Source: the human T2T-CHM13v2.0 reference genome, Homo sapiens. From it: DNA of 64,000 bases. The DNA lies in the NCBI RefSeq assembly GCF_009914755.1, contig NC_060925.1; one strand, 5' to 3'. Below the pieces are notes generated by a model. That model saw nothing but the letters and a program-made list of their open reading frames with translations. It was not told the origin of the DNA and searched no databases. This document shows, piece after piece, positions 1-15,788 of the stretch (the first letter of the stretch is position 1; the number at the start of each line of letters is the position of its first letter). The translations under genes and the position numbers were made by a program.

Positions 1-679
1 CCTGGACTGACTTCATGGGATGCTGCCTGGTCAACTCCATGAATCTTGTCCAGGCAAATCTAAACCCCTCAGCAGACTAACTCAGCCCACCCAAGCTTCA
101 TCAGCTGCTGCAGCCCAGTGCCTGGTAAGCAATGCTTCCAGGCTCCTCCCAACCTGGCCTCCAATGAGATGCACACTCACCCTACAGGTTGGCCTATGTT
201 GGCACATCACCTGTTCATGGTGCAAGGCCATTCAAGGTGTCAGTCCCACCAGCCTGAGCCCTAAGACCTCCCAACAGTTTGTCCTTTTCCTCCAATCTCT
301 TCTTTCCATATGGCTCTGCCTGCTCCTCAAATGCTATTCCTATCTTTGCTGGCTTTGGCTTCCCTGTAGCTGTTTAGAAACACCCTCCTACTCTTCTCTA
401 GCTTCCTGGTCAGCAAATATTCTGGCTTATCGAGGGCCTCCTGGTGCTGTGAAGAGTCAGGGCAAATCATTTCATGTTTGGTTTTGTCTCTTTATCCTGG
501 ACCATTAAGAAGCTGCCTGCTACAGAGAAAAGACTTGTCTGAAGTCGGCCTCTCTGATCATCATGGCTGATGGGCCTAAATAAATCCCTTTGTTCAGATT
601 TTATAAAGCACGTATGACTTGGCTTTTGTTATTCATTTTCACATCTCTCTTCGTAAACTGTGTGTGACATAAAGAAATC

Positions 680-892
680 AGACAGACCTGGGTTCAAATC
701 CCAGCTTTGTACTTACTAACTATATGATCTTGGACAAGCTACTCAAGCTTTCTGATCTTCTTTTTCCTCACTTATATCAAGAGATAATACTATCTACTGC
801 ACAGGGTTGTTCTTGTTTTTTAATGGAGAATAAATGAGATAAAGAATCCTTTACAGTGCTTGGCACAGAGTGAGAGTTCAATAGACACTAGT
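680..892 (+). mobile_element. MIR SINE
   Basis: MIR core gacctgggttcaaatcccagc...tgatcttggacaagctactcaa...gtgcttggcacagagt. Confidence 0.8.
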
Positions 893-957
893 TTCTCCTT
901 CATCCTTAGGATAGAAACCAAAACTTATCCACGTTTCCCCAAAACCTAGTAGAGTAG

Positions 958-1268
<311 letters not shown>

Positions 1269-1329
1269 TGAAATGGTGTGTTATAGCATGTACTCTTTTA
1301 AAATTATTTATCTATCTTTCAAAAGAAAA

Positions 1330-1817
<488 letters not shown>

Positions 1818-2994
1818 TTATAAATGTCAATACCTACCTTAAACTCATTTACACTCAAAGGAAAATGTATTTGGAAGGCTAAGAGGACTGCAGGAAGGTC
1901 AAGGTGTGGCTGCACCTCAGAAGAGCTGGAAATGGATCTGGCATGCTGCTGTTACGCCCCCCCTCTCTCTGCAGCTCTGGGTGTGGGTGTCAGTCCTTCA
2001 GCTACAGGCCAGCTTCCTCTATCTGGTGGGAAACGCCATCCCGATGACTTCAGAGCTGCTAACCCCGCCACAAAGAGACAATGAGCACTACTCTTTGGTC
2101 CCTAGGTCATCAATTCCAAGCACGTACTGCACTGTCCCTACTTGGGTCAGATGTCCATCCCTTACCCAGGCTTTACAGCTGGCCCACTGTGTGGTCCATT
2201 CCCAACCATGGGTCCATCACTGTGGGCCAGGAGGCAGAGTCGTGTAAGAAGAACTGTATTAATGGCTTGAGAAATAACTGTTCCCTCTCCCCCTGCACTC
2301 TTCTGCTGTGAGCTGCTATTTCCTTGGAGATAGGAAGAGAGGATAGGAAGTTCTGAGCCTGTTGGCTTAGTTTCCATCTTCAGAGGAGGGCCAGGGAAGA
2401 CTGGAGGTAGGAAACTGGGCAGGCTTGGATCAACAGTTGTTAACATCAGAGACAATGGTGAGCTTCCCTGACAAGTTCCTGTGACGGTGCAAAGTCATTT
2501 CATCTGAGTTCTCATGGAGCTCACAGCTCAACCCAAGAGATGAATGCTGGATAGAGTAGCCTTCATTGTCATTCCTTTACCTCTCTTCCTGGGCACCTTC
2601 CATCACTTCCCTATAAGCAAGAAGAAATGTCTTCTAAATGATGAAGGTTATCTTGCATCAAACACCCCAGAGCTCAAGAAAGCATTCATTGGCTTCTATT
2701 TCTCTGTGCACTCTCTGCTTCGTTTACTTAGGAGATTGTAATTTAATTTTTTTCCAAAATAGAATGACTTTGTCTAAAAACCACGTTTAAATACAGTAGG
2801 ACCTCATGACATCATAGCTCATGGTTAGAATTCAATTTGGAATAAGTCTTGATGTTGGAATGGGATCACTGCACTGGGAGCCCCTGGTGGTCAGGAGCTG
2901 TGCTTTAGCCATCGCCGAACTCCAGCATCGAGTGCAGTCCTGCTGCCTGATACACACTCAGAAGTTAAAGGCACTCAAAAGTCCTATGGTTCAT

Positions 2995-5165
2995 TCTTTT
3001 TTAAAAATTTAATTTTTAAAATATGACACATAATAACTACATATTCATGGAGTACATAGTGTTTTCATACATATAATGTATAGTGATCAAGTCAGGATAA
3101 TTAGCATATTCATCATCTCAAACATTTATTATTTCTTGGTGTTGGGAACATTCAATATCCTCTTTCTAGCTATTTGAAACTATACATTATTGTTAAATAT
3201 TCTACAGTGGTATAGAACACTGGAACTTATTCCTCCTCTCTATCTGTGATTCTGTATTCTTTAACAAATCTCTCCCTGTCTCTCCCTTCCTCCTACCCTT
3301 ACCAGCCTCTAGGATTCTCTGTTCTACTTTTTTCGTCTATGAAATCACCTTTTTTTTTTAGCTTCTACATATGAGTGAGAACATGTAGTGTTTAATTTTC
3401 TATTCCTGGCCTATTTCATTTAACATGTCTTCCAGTTCTATGTTGCTGCAAATGACAAGATATCATTCTTTTTATGGTTGAATAGTATTCCCTTTTGTAG
3501 ATATATACCACATTTTCTTTATCCATTCATCTGTTGCTGGACACCTAAGTTGATTCCATATCATGGCTATTGTGAAAAGTGCAATAAACATAAGGATGCA
3601 GCTACTTCTTCAAAATACGGATTTCCTTGCTTTTGGATAAATGCTCAGTAGTGGGATTTTTAGACTGACTACCAGTAGTTCTCTTTGTAGTTGTTTTTTG
3701 TTTGTTTTTTTGTTTTTCGAGGAACCCCCACACCGTTCTCCATAGTGGCTGTATTAATTTACATTCCTCTTATACACTGTTGGTGGGAATGTAAATTTAT
3801 ACAGCCACTATGGAGAACGGTATGGGGGATCCTCAAAAAACAAACAAACAAAAAACCCAGCAGTATATAAGCGTTCCCTTTTCTCCTCATCCTCACCAGC
3901 CATTGTCATTTTTGTCTTTTTGATAATAGCCAGTCTAACTGGAGTGAGATGATACCTCATTGTGGTTTTGATTTGCATTTCCCTGATGATTAGTGATGTT
4001 GAGCATTTTTTCATATATTTGTTGGCCATTTGTATGTCTTCTTTTGAGAAATGTCTGTTCAGATCATTTGCCTATTTTTGATCAGATTTTTTTTTCTGCT
4101 GAGATGTTTGAGTTCCTTGTATATTCTGGATATTAATCCCCTGTGGAACGAGTAGTTTGTAAATATTTTCTCCCATTATGTAGGTTGTCTTTTCATTCTG
4201 TTGATTGTTTCCTTTGCTGTGTAGAAGATAATCCCATTTAAAAATTTTTGCTTTTGTTGCCTGTGCTTTTGAGGTCTTATTCATAAATCTTTTCCCAGAC
4301 CAATGCCGTAAAGTATTTCCCGTACGTTTTCTTCTAGTAGTTTTATTGTTTTGGGTCTAACACTTCAATCTTTTATCCATTTTGAGTTGATTTTCGTATA
4401 ATGTGAGAGGTGGGAGGTCTAGTTTCATTCTTCCGCATACGAACATCCAGTCTTTCCAGAACTATTTATTGAAGAGAATATCCTTTCCCCAGTGAGTGTT
4501 CTTGGCACCTTTGTCAAAAATCAGTTGGCTGTAAATACATGTATTAATTTCTGGGTTCCTTATTCTGTTTCATTAGTCAATGTGTCTGTTTTTATACCAA
4601 TACCATGCTCCTTTGGTTACCAGAGCCTTGTAATATTTTGAAGTCAGGTAGTGTGGTGCTTCCAGCTTTGTTCTTTTTACTCAGGGATTGCTTTGGCTAT
4701 AGAGTTCTTTTTTGATTTCATACAAATTTTAGGAGTGTTTTTTCTAATTCTGTGAAAAATGACATGGTATTTTGATAAGAATTACATTGAATCTGTAGAT
4801 TGCTTTGAGTAGTATTGTCATTTTAACAATATTAATTCACTTGGTTCATGAGCACAAGATGTCCTTCCATTTGTTTGTATCCTCTTCAATTTCTTTCATC
4901 AGTGTTTTGTAGTTTTCCTTTGTAGAGGTCTTTTGCCTCCTTGGTTAAATTTATTCCTAGGTATTCTTTTTCATAGCTATTATAAATGGGATTGCCTTCT
5001 TGATTTCTTTTTCACCTAGTTTGTTGTTCATGTTTAAAAAATGCTACTGCTTTTTGTATGTTGATTTTGTATCCTGCAACTCTGCTGAATTGATCAGTTG
5101 TAAGAGTTTTTTGAGTAGACTATGTTTTTCTACATATGAGATCATGTCAAACAGGGATAATTAGT
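2995..5165 (-). mobile_element. L1MA-class LINE-1, 5'-truncated (3' UTR plus ORF2 C-terminal part)
   Basis: Antisense L1MA 3' UTR; minus-strand ORF fragments [15 protein letters not shown] and KAQATKAKI match L1 ORF2p. Confidence 0.93.
3693..3856. repeat. Inverted repeat: arms 3693-3767 and 3786-3856, 18-nt loop
   Basis: gaggaacccccacaccgttctccatagtggctgtattaatttacattcc pairs with ggaatgtaaatttatacagccactatggagaacggtatgggggatcctc. Confidence 0.95.
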
Positions 5166-5424
5166 TGTTTCTTTGGGTTTCTGTTAATTTTTTTTTTTTT
5201 TTTTTTTTGTCTATTAAGGATGTCACACATTTCTCCAAATCTTCTGTTCCTACAGTAAAACATTTTCAGAGATATGTTCTTCCTCTGAGTTTTTGGGATG
5301 ATGTTCCCTTTATCTTGTTCCATAGATTTTCCCACACATAATTCATTTTTTACCTCTCTACTCATCCTCGACCAAGGTACAATCTATCCTTCTACTAACA
5401 GAGAGGCTACTTGAACTACCTGGG

Positions 5425-5522
5425 TTTGGGCTTGCCTAAGACTGAGAGCTTTCCTAGAGAGCAGGACTTACAGTTCTAAAACTAGGACAGTCCTAGGTAA
5501 ACTAGAATGGTTAGTCACCCTA
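5425..5522. mobile_element. MER81 (hAT-Blackjack MITE)
   Basis: gactgagagctttcctagagagcaggact...ggacagtcctaggtaaactagaatggttagtcacccta; terminal tcacccta. Confidence 0.75.
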
Positions 5523-6777
5523 GGGGTAGTTACCAACATGAAAGGGGGTAAGAGAGAGGGAATTTGGGAAAGAAAGGAAGAACTGAGAAATTATGGACTT
5601 TCAACCCAACCCTAGTTTTATGGTTTTTCTTTCCATTTTAATAACTGAGGTTCCTGCACATAAACTCACCCATGATATTTGAACTCAATAATTCTTCAGG
5701 TTAATTATTCTTTCAACCTATACATAATCGTCCATTTTTCACCCCTCAGTTCCAGCCCACTATAAATATTTTTCCTAGTTTCTAGCCTTTGTTCGTCTAA
5801 TTTGATGGCATTTTAATGACTGCTTTGAAGCTCTCTCTGCACCAACACACAGCGTGATAACATATAACATATAAAAGAGAATTTAAAAGTCATAGCCATG
5901 CCCCAAAAATGAGATACACGTGTCCATGGAACAGAGTCAAAATGCAAAACAACGAGTAGAGGGCCTGCTGAGCTCTGGATCTCAGAGTAGGTAATAGCAG
6001 ATGTGAATTTGACTTCTGCAGGTAGACAGGCTGCACAGGGTAAAAGGGCTCCACATGAAGCAGGGGAACCAGAGCCATGCTCAGGACCTGCACCCAGAGG
6101 CCATGGCAGGGTTTTCCTGGCTAGGGAGAGGAGGCCAGGAAATCTGTTGATAACCACTGCCTGGAGTGTAGCTTAGTGCCTAGAGTGAACTCAAGCACAA
6201 GTCCCATAAAGAGGATGCACAGACAGAGAGAAAAAAAAAATAGAGAGGCAGAGGTAAACCTTCTGCCCATGATGACCTTAGAAGCTCGATCTTAAAACAC
6301 ATGAGGAAATCTTACACCAAGGAAGATAGCTAATAAAATCAATAATTGCAATATGAGTTTTTTCTAGAAAGACACAAAATTTTAAATGTTAAAAAAGACT
6401 TGAAAATATGTACATTTAAAATCCTTGAAGAGATGGGTAAATAAATTACATCCTTAAAAGAGATATATGCCACCAAATAGGGACAGATAAAATAAGCACA
6501 GGTAGTTTTAAAAATTAAAAACCGTGGAGAAGAAAAATGCAGCCATTGACAAGGGGCAGGGGGCCACTCAGTGGGATAGATTCTAGACTAAACATAGTTG
6601 AAGAGAGAATTAACAAATAGGAATAAGGAATTCATCCAGACAGTAACAGTATCAAAGGGGCTATCTGAATAAGACAGAGAATGACAGGCACTGTGGTTAT
6701 GGGTCAGGGGCTCAGGAAAGGCTTGTTAAAGGACACATTTAAGCAGCAGCCTGACTTAGTAAGAACGAGTCATGTGA

Positions 6778-7827
6778 TGACTAAAACACCAAAAGCAATG
6801 GCAACAAAAGCCAAAATAGACAAATGGGATCTAATTAAACCAAAGAACTTCTGCACAGCAAAAGAAACTACCATCACAGTGAACAGGCAACCTATAGAAT
6901 GGGAGAAAATTTTTGCAATCTACCTATCTGACAAAGGGCTAATATCCAGAATCTACAAAGAACTCAAACAAATTTACAAGAAAAAAACAACCCGATCAAA
7001 AAGTGGGCAAAGGATATGAACAGACACTTCTCAAAAGAAGACATTTATGCAGCCAACAAACATATGAAAAAAAAGCTCAACATCACTGATCATTAGAGAA
7101 ATGCAAATCAAAACCACAATGAGATACCATCTCACTCCAGTTAAAATGGCAATCATTAAAAGGTCAGGAAACAACAGATGCTGGAAAGGATGTGGAGAAA
7201 TAGGAACACTTTTACACTGTTGGTGGGAGTGTAAATTAGTTCAACCATTGTGGAAGACAGTGTGGCGATCCCTCAAAGATCTAGAACTAGAAATACCATT
7301 TGGTCCAGCAATCCCATTACTGGATATATACCCAAAGGATTATAAATCATGCTACATTAAAGACACATGCACACGTATGTTTATTGTGGCACTACTTACA
7401 ATAGCAAAGACTTGGAACCAACCCAAATGTCCATCAATGATAGACTGGATTAAGAAAATGTGGCACATATACAACACGGAATACTATACAGTCATAAGGA
7501 TGAGTTCATGTCCTTTGCAGGGACATGGATGAAGCTGGAAACTATCATTCTCAGCAAACTATCACAAGGACAGAAAACCAAACACCGCATGTTCTCACTC
7601 ATAGGTGGGAATTGAACAATGAAATCACTTGGACACAGGGCAGGGAACATCACACACTGGGGCCTGTCATGGGGTGGGGGGAGGGGGAGGGATAGCATTA
7701 GGAGAAATACTTAACGTAAATGATGAGTTGATGGGTACAGCAAACCAACATGGCACATGTATACCTATGTATCAAACCTGCATGTTATGCACATGTACCC
7801 TAGAACTTAAAGTATAATAAAAAAAAA
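6778..7827 (+). mobile_element. L1PA (about PA5-PA7), 5'-truncated, with TSD
   Basis: ORF2p C-terminal peptides ([24 protein letters not shown]), G-rich 3' UTR, poly(A); TSD gagtcatgtga at 6767-6777 and 7828-7838. Confidence 0.97.
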
Positions 7828-9996
7828 GAGTCATGTGAATGAAATAAAAATAAATAAATCCATCCATGCATAGATATTATGCAAGGCATAATACCTATTT
7901 TCCAAGTTGTTGTGAGGATTCAATTAAATAACATAAAGCAGCAAGCCCAGTGCCTGAGACATAATTAATAACAAATGTTAAGAAACATACTTCCCTTCCT
8001 AAGAATCTGAGTTACAGAATGAATTTAGCATTCGATCTCTATATTGAGGAGGCTTTTGGCCACCTTGCTGGAGCCGAACATCATGCTGATAGGACTCAAA
8101 TTGACTGATAATCTTTGGATCCTAATAACGGTGGATTTAGTTATTTGTGACAAAGTGGCTGGAACATTGTCAGTTGTCTGTATGCCTGTTTCCTCCTTCT
8201 GCTTCTCTCTCTTGAGAACAAATTCTGTTTTCCCCTCTAGCATTAACTAAACAAGCTAGTCACATCCAAAATAGAGATGACATTTTAGTATAACCAGGCA
8301 GCCTGGACAGGAATTTCTTTGCAAATCCCAATATTCCATCAGTACAGCTCTCAGCATTTCTCCCATTATGTCTTCTGTGGAGCCCAGAAAGAACTCCTGA
8401 CAGAGGTCAGGAAAGGGGGAAAGACAAAGCCACCCTTTTACTCAGCATGAAGCCTTTTCAACTCACAGGCCCCTGATGAAAACATTCCATAATGAAAAGA
8501 ACAAAATAAGATGGGCTCACAGTGAACAGCTACAGACTGTTCCATCAGACAGAGAGCAGCTTCTTGGGATATGGGAATCTGAGACTGGATTGTATTCAAA
8601 GAAAATACCCCCAGAGTGATAAAGTGCAAGTCCTGGGGGCTCAGCAACATTCAAAGTTCCATGCTTTGAAGGGGGGTATTTCTCTGCCAAGGCCTGAGGA
8701 TGGGGGCTAGCTATCCTAGAAACAGAATTAGACTGGGAATGAACCAGGTGATGAAGGGCCTTTGGCATGGCAGTTTCTCTCCTCCTTGAGCAAGGCAGAT
8801 ACAGGCCTCTGTGATGAACCAGAAAAGAGAAGCTGGAGGCGCAGCACTGGTATTTGTTTTTCTAACCAGAAGAGAGAAAACATGTTCCACCCTCTCTGAG
8901 TCCTTGGTTAGGAAAAGGTTGTTTTAAGAAGAAGAGAAGGAAGAGGAGGAAGAAACAACCCTCCTTTCTGTAGCTAAACTGGCTTTTGCACTCATTTCCC
9001 AGGGGCAAGGCAGCATAATGACTCTTCCTTCCTGCCTTGGACATTGGGTGGCGTCCAGCGGGTTCCCCTGGTCCCTGTAGTCGATGTTCCCTCAGCAGCT
9101 CAGTCCTGCCCAAGCTCCAGCACGATTGTCCCACACTGGCAAATCTATAAAAATAAGTCTTCTCCTTATTTGAGTTCCTTTCTTGTTTTTTCCAAAAACT
9201 GCATATCTCACCAAGTACGAATTATTTAAAAGAAAACAATAAAGAACTAAGATTTTCACCTTTGGCTGAGTTGGAAGTAAAGGTTCACACTGGGAATGGG
9301 AGAAAATAAGAGGAATTTGCAGGGGCAAATGCTAGGATTTTAATATCTCCCACATCCCATGATGCATATTGTGCCTGATATCTAAAACAAAACCAAATTT
9401 AAAAACAGCTATTTGGGTGAGGTTAGAGAGACAATGTATTGCACACCAGCAAAATGAGGGTGATGTGAGCATGAGCCTGCAAGTTGCATCGTTGTCTTGG
9501 AGGTCCTCACATACACAAAGATGTTCTGTTTTCACTTTGCTTGTCCATCTCCCACACATATACAACTTTAAATTCATTTTTAATAAGACTTCAGTCCCAG
9601 TGGTAGGCAGATAGGAGAGACATTAAAGAGAAGAAACTTCATATTGAGAGTAGGGCATTGGTCAGTTATTAGCATTTATTAGGCTGGGTCCCTGCATTGT
9701 AGCAGGTTCATTATGTCTGTTGATTAAATTAACGCAGGACACTATACTGTAATAGCAAGTGGAGATGGATTTGATTCCTTTCCTAAGAGAGTCAATTTGC
9801 TGGTACTCCCCAATCATGCCGTAGAACCAGTTGCCCATCCATAGAGACTGCCATAGAATATATGTTTGAATAATTAAGTTGTAGTTTTATAGTTAAATCC
9901 TTTTTAAACCTACTTCCTCATTCTCATTAGAAACACTGTACTGATCCATGTTCTTTTCTTCTGCTTCATTACCTAAGATTTTTGGAATTTATCTGC

Positions 9997-10315
9997 TTTT
10001 TATTTATTTTTTAAAATTAATTAATATTTTTTTGAGATGGAGTCCCATTCTGTTGCTCAGGCTGGAGTGCAGTGGCGTGATCTCAGCTCAGTGCAACCTC
10101 GGTCGCCCAGGTTTAAGTGATTCTCATGCCTCAGCCTCCCGAGTAGCTGGGACTGCAGGCATGTGCCACAGCACCTGGCTAACTTTTGTATTTCTAGTAG
10201 AGGTGGGGTTTTGCCATGTTGGCTAGGCTGGTCTCGAACTCCTGACCTCAAGTGATCCACCTGCCTCAGCCTCCCGAAGTATTGAGATTATAGGCGTGAG
10301 CCACCGTGCCCAGCT
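9997..10315 (-). mobile_element. AluS
   Basis: Full antisense dimer. Confidence 0.95.
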
Positions 10316-11349
10316 TACCAGCTTTTTAAAGCTAACTCCCTTTCCTCATGTGACTCTCCAAAAACCAAAACCCCTTGTGACATCCAGGAGAGTACGCTGA
10401 AGGCAGATGTGACTGCAATAGCTCAATACTCAAAGGGATTTCCAGGCCGCCTACCCTCAGAGCCTCTCTTCCCTATGTCTCTGCCTTAATGAAAAAGGCG
10501 TCTGTGAAGTCCTAGAGCTCAAGCACTTGTTTTCATGATTCCTGCAGAGTGAGAGACTTGAAAAATGAGGGCCCAGAAAGGAAATCACTCATTCAATTTT
10601 ATAGAGCAAAATAGCAGTTAAGCCAAACTAGAAACTAGAATTCACTGTTCCCCGAGTCATCTTTTTGAGAAGCACATTTTCAAATTCAATTAGAATATAT
10701 TGAGAACTATATGTGGGGATTTGCTTTGTATCAGGCTAGTTAAGTGCAATCACGTAAGGGGCATATTGAAAATCAATGCAGGGCAGAAGCAAATCATCCA
10801 CTGTATCTATTGAATTTAGGAATATTGATTTGAATAGCTAATAACTTGGTAGATGGAAGTTACTCTGCCTCTTCTTGGATGTGACTCTCAGGAATCATCA
10901 TCAGTAGCCTCCACTCCTTTGTCTCATGAAATCAACAGTGAGTTTAGCAGCAGCTCTCTTGTTATAATTCAGCTATTTTATTTCTATCTTAACCAGAGCA
11001 GATTACTTTTGACCAAACTAGCATCTCTTGACACAACCTACCTTGTATGACTTCTTTCGGTTAATGAGAAATGGTTCCCTCTGATCATTTCATGTTTATG
11101 CAAAGCTAATGTATCTTGACCAATATTATTATGCCAATTATATAAGTGCAGTTGTCTCTTTCAGGCATTTCTACTACAAGAGCTCTTGAAAGTGCAATGA
11201 GAAGAAAGAATAAAATGGAGCAGACATGTAATTAGGGAGATTATGAAAATCCTTTCCCAGGTGTTTAAAAATGTATTTTAAGTATAGGAATTTTGGTCTT
11301 TGTAGTGTGATGTCTGTAACCTCTTCTGGGCCAGGTTTGTTCTTCAGTT

Positions 11350-11676
11350 CCATGGGCTAAAATCTCAGCTGTCTACACGGGCAAGGAAGAGAAAGTAAAT
11401 GGAAAAAACAGGTAGGGTTCAAGTGCTATGCATCTGCCATGTGCCTAAGGGCCATGGACTCCTGGACTAGAGGGAGTGCTTGCTTCCCCTGAAGGAGGCC
11501 ACCCACCTCAGTCTAGCACTTGATATTATATCATAAGGAAATGAGGCCCAGTGCAGCCAGAGAAACCAGAAATCTGAACTAAGTATCCTGATTTTTAAGT
11601 GGCTTTATTTTTATTTTTGTAAGTACTGAGCTGGGTCAAATACTTTTATCCAAGGGTAGGACCCAGTAGGCTGCCT
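11350..11676. mobile_element. Possible MER102-like hAT relic
   Basis: gccagagaaaccagaaatctgaac...cctgatttttaa resembles remembered MER102; very degenerate. Confidence 0.35.
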
Positions 11677-12686
<1,010 letters not shown>

Positions 12687-13996
12687 GCCTTGCCCTTTTT
12701 AAAATTGGTAGCTGCCCTGCTTCCAAGCTCCAAACAACTCCTGCCCAGCAGCCTGGTTTTGACCCTCAAACCATTGCTCCTATGCACATTGCGCAACTCC
12801 AGCCCTGCCTCTTACCCCACACATACTCCCTATTTTTCTCCACCTCTGCCTGGGCCACTGGCTTCCCTCAGGCCAGGTCTTTCCCAGGCCCAGCCACACC
12901 CTCTGCACCCAGCTTCACTTAGGCTCACCCTACCCCATCCTCCTCTTATCCTCAGCCCGGACACTGAAAGCTGTACCTCTGGGGCTGTTCTCTCCATCCC
13001 AGAGCCTCCTCCATACCCTCTCCTCAGAGGACTCAGGGCTAAAGGAAGGCACATAACATACGTGACTTGAGAAGAATGGGGATGGGGAGAGGCTGCTGTT
13101 CATTTCCACTAAGGATTAACAAGAGAAGAAAGCTCTAAATGGTAGGAGGACCGAGAAAGGCTAGAAAACACTCGAATCTACTGTCTATGGAGATTTGGCA
13201 ATTTCAGGGCCTTTCAGAGCAGAAGACCAAGCCCAGTACCTGGAATGGGGATCGATCGGGAGAAGGAGCCTGGGAGCCAGGGGAGGAGCAGATTGGCTTG
13301 GAGATCAGGCTTGCACACTGCCCTGTCCTCTTCCTGGCCAGGTAGAAATGGAGATATTGATATTCTATTCGGAAAAAGTATGAGCTCGCTTAAAGGGAGT
13401 TGAAACAAAACCATGCCAGGCAAATCTCCGTAATGCCAAATTGCAGAAGAGCATTCAAAGAGATGGGAGGGCCCAGGCCAGGAAATTCAGGGGCCTGGCT
13501 TCAAATCTGGTCCGAGTGTGTGAGAGCGTAGGAAAAGGACTGACGTTCTCCAGGTCTCCATCAGCTCTTTGAGAATACAGAAATTGGACTGGATGAAGTA
13601 TTCATTATCTTAAAAGACACAACAAATTAACTCAAAGCCTAGCAGCTTGAAACAAAGAACTCTGATGATCTCATGAAGTCTGTAGTCAGGAACCCAGGCA
13701 CTGTGTGGCCAAGCCCCCAGCGTCAGAGTCTCCCTGAGGCTGCAGTGGAGGCGTCAGCTGGGGCAGTGATCACTCAGGGCTCCACCAGGTATGATCAACT
13801 TTTTAGCTCGCCCAAGTGATTGTTAGGCAGAATTCAATCCCTCTTGGAGTCCCAGAGTAAGAGTCTCATTTGGAATAAGGACCTCAGTTCCTTGCTGGCT
13901 GTTAGCTGGAGGCCTCCCTCAGTTTCTCGATATCTGGGTCTCTCCATAGGGCAGCTCATAACATGGCGACAGGCTTCAATCGAGCTAGCAAGAGAC

Positions 13997-15425
13997 ACTT
14001 CTGCTTTCTGGTACTTCAAAGCTTGGAAGATGCCACTGCCCCCTAACAACAAGCAAAAAGCTGAACAAACTGAATAATCAACTCTTCTTAGAACTCTAAG
14101 AGAAGTGAGGTCCCAGGGACAACCACTGCCCCCAGAATTGGAGAGACAAGACAGATGGATACAGAGAATCACAACTTACCTACCAGAGCAGAAATTCATG
14201 AGCAGAAATCTCTGTGGGAACTAGTGCCAAGATAGAAAAATCCAAACTGTAAATGATAAATTACTGTTGGCTGTGTGTGGACAAGTCTGAGAGTAAAAAG
14301 ACTCCAGGGGGACCCAGACATAAGGGGGGCTCCATCCACACTTTTGTGAAACTTACCTTCAAAATCTCGACCAGGTTCTCACATTAAATGTCAGAGAAAA
14401 ATGCCCTCATGCTTCTGGCAAAGGGAGGGAGAAAGGAACGATTTTGAAATGCACAGAGCACCCTGTTCTTAACAAGGCCTTCCCTTAGGAGAAACTATTC
14501 AACCAGAGCCTAAGCCCCTGAGATTTTATCACAGCCTACCCGACCTGGGGGAGGGAAATACCCTACTCCAGCAACTCTAGCCATCCTGTCCCACATAAGG
14601 TGGGGAGGAGACAAGGGACTGAGAAGCACTTGTGAAGTTCAGAGGCACAGGCTCACTAAGAGGCTGAGACTAACCACAGGACCACAGAATGCCTTCCCCA
14701 CTTCACCCCCCCATTACTAGAGGTCTGTTTACAGCAGTTCCTTTTACCCAGTACACTATGACCAGCTAACAAGAAAAAATTACAAGGCATACTAAAAGTC
14801 AAAAAATACAGTTTAGAGAGACAAAGCAAGCATCAGAACCAAATATGGCAGGGATGTTGGAATTATAAGAATGGGAATTTAAAATATCTATGATTAGTCT
14901 ATTACAGGTTCTAATGGAGAAAGCAGACAGCATGTAAGAACAGATGAGCAATGGAAGCAGAGAGACGAAAATCCTAAGACAGAATCTAAAAGAAATGCTA
15001 GAGATCAAAATTTCTAAGGGAGATGCAGAATGCCTTTGAAGGTCTTCACAGGAGACTGGACGTGGGTGAGGAATTTCTGAGCTTGAGGATACATCGATAG
15101 AAACCTCCAAAACTGAAAAGCAAAGAGAACACAGACTGGAAACAAAACAAAACAAAAACAGAACATCCAAGAACTGGTGGAAAACTACAGAAGATATAAC
15201 ACATGCACAATGAGAATATCAGAAAGAGAAGAAAGAGAGAAAAGTACAGAAGAATTATTTGAAACAATGACCAACAATTTCCACGAAATAATGTCGGACA
15301 CCAAGCGACAGATCCAGGAAGCTTAGAGGACACCAAGAAGGACAAATGCAAAAACAAACAAAAAATCCCAAAACTATACCTGGGCATATCATATTCAAAC
15401 TACAGAAGATCAAAGATATAGAATA
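13997..15425 (+). mobile_element. Old L1 (L1MC/MD-type) 5' UTR plus ORF1 fragment
   Basis: ORF1-like gagacaaagcaagcatcagaacc...gaaatgctagagatcaaaa...catatcatattcaaactacag. Confidence 0.8.
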
Positions 15426-15488
15426 GGAGAGGGCAAGCAAGGCAGAAGTCAGAGTCTACATGTAATTTTATCAGGAAAGTAGCATTCT

Positions 15489-15788
15489 GGCCAGGCACAG
15501 TGGCTCATGCCTATAATCCCAGCACTTTGGAAGGAGAAGATATGAAGATCACTTGAGCCGAGGAGTTTGAGACCAGCCTGGGCAACTTAGTGAGACCCCA
15601 TCTCTCCTAGAATAAAAAATTAGCACGTTGTGGCACATGCCTGTAGTCCTAGCTACTCAGGAGGCTGAGGCAGAAAGACAGCTTGAGACCAGGAGTTCAA
15701 GGCTGCAGTGAGCTGTGATTGCACTATTGCACTCCAGCCTGACCGACAGAGCAAGACTCTGTCTCAAAATAAATAAATGTATTAAAAA
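15489..15788 (+). mobile_element. AluJ
   Basis: J diagnostics ctgggcaacttagtgagacccc and ttcaaggctgcagtgagctgtg. Confidence 0.92.

Noticed and set aside
20-508. 162-aa ORF, the longest in the track
   Set aside because: No recognisable domain or supporting gene structure; compatible with a chance ORF.
6681-7532. ORFs with real protein similarity ([23 protein letters not shown])
   Set aside because: Broken LINE-1 ORF2p C-terminus from a truncated L1PA; not a host gene.
13506-13518. ctggtccgagtg resembles the Y3 RNA 5' end
   Set aside because: Only ~12 nt match with no continuation.
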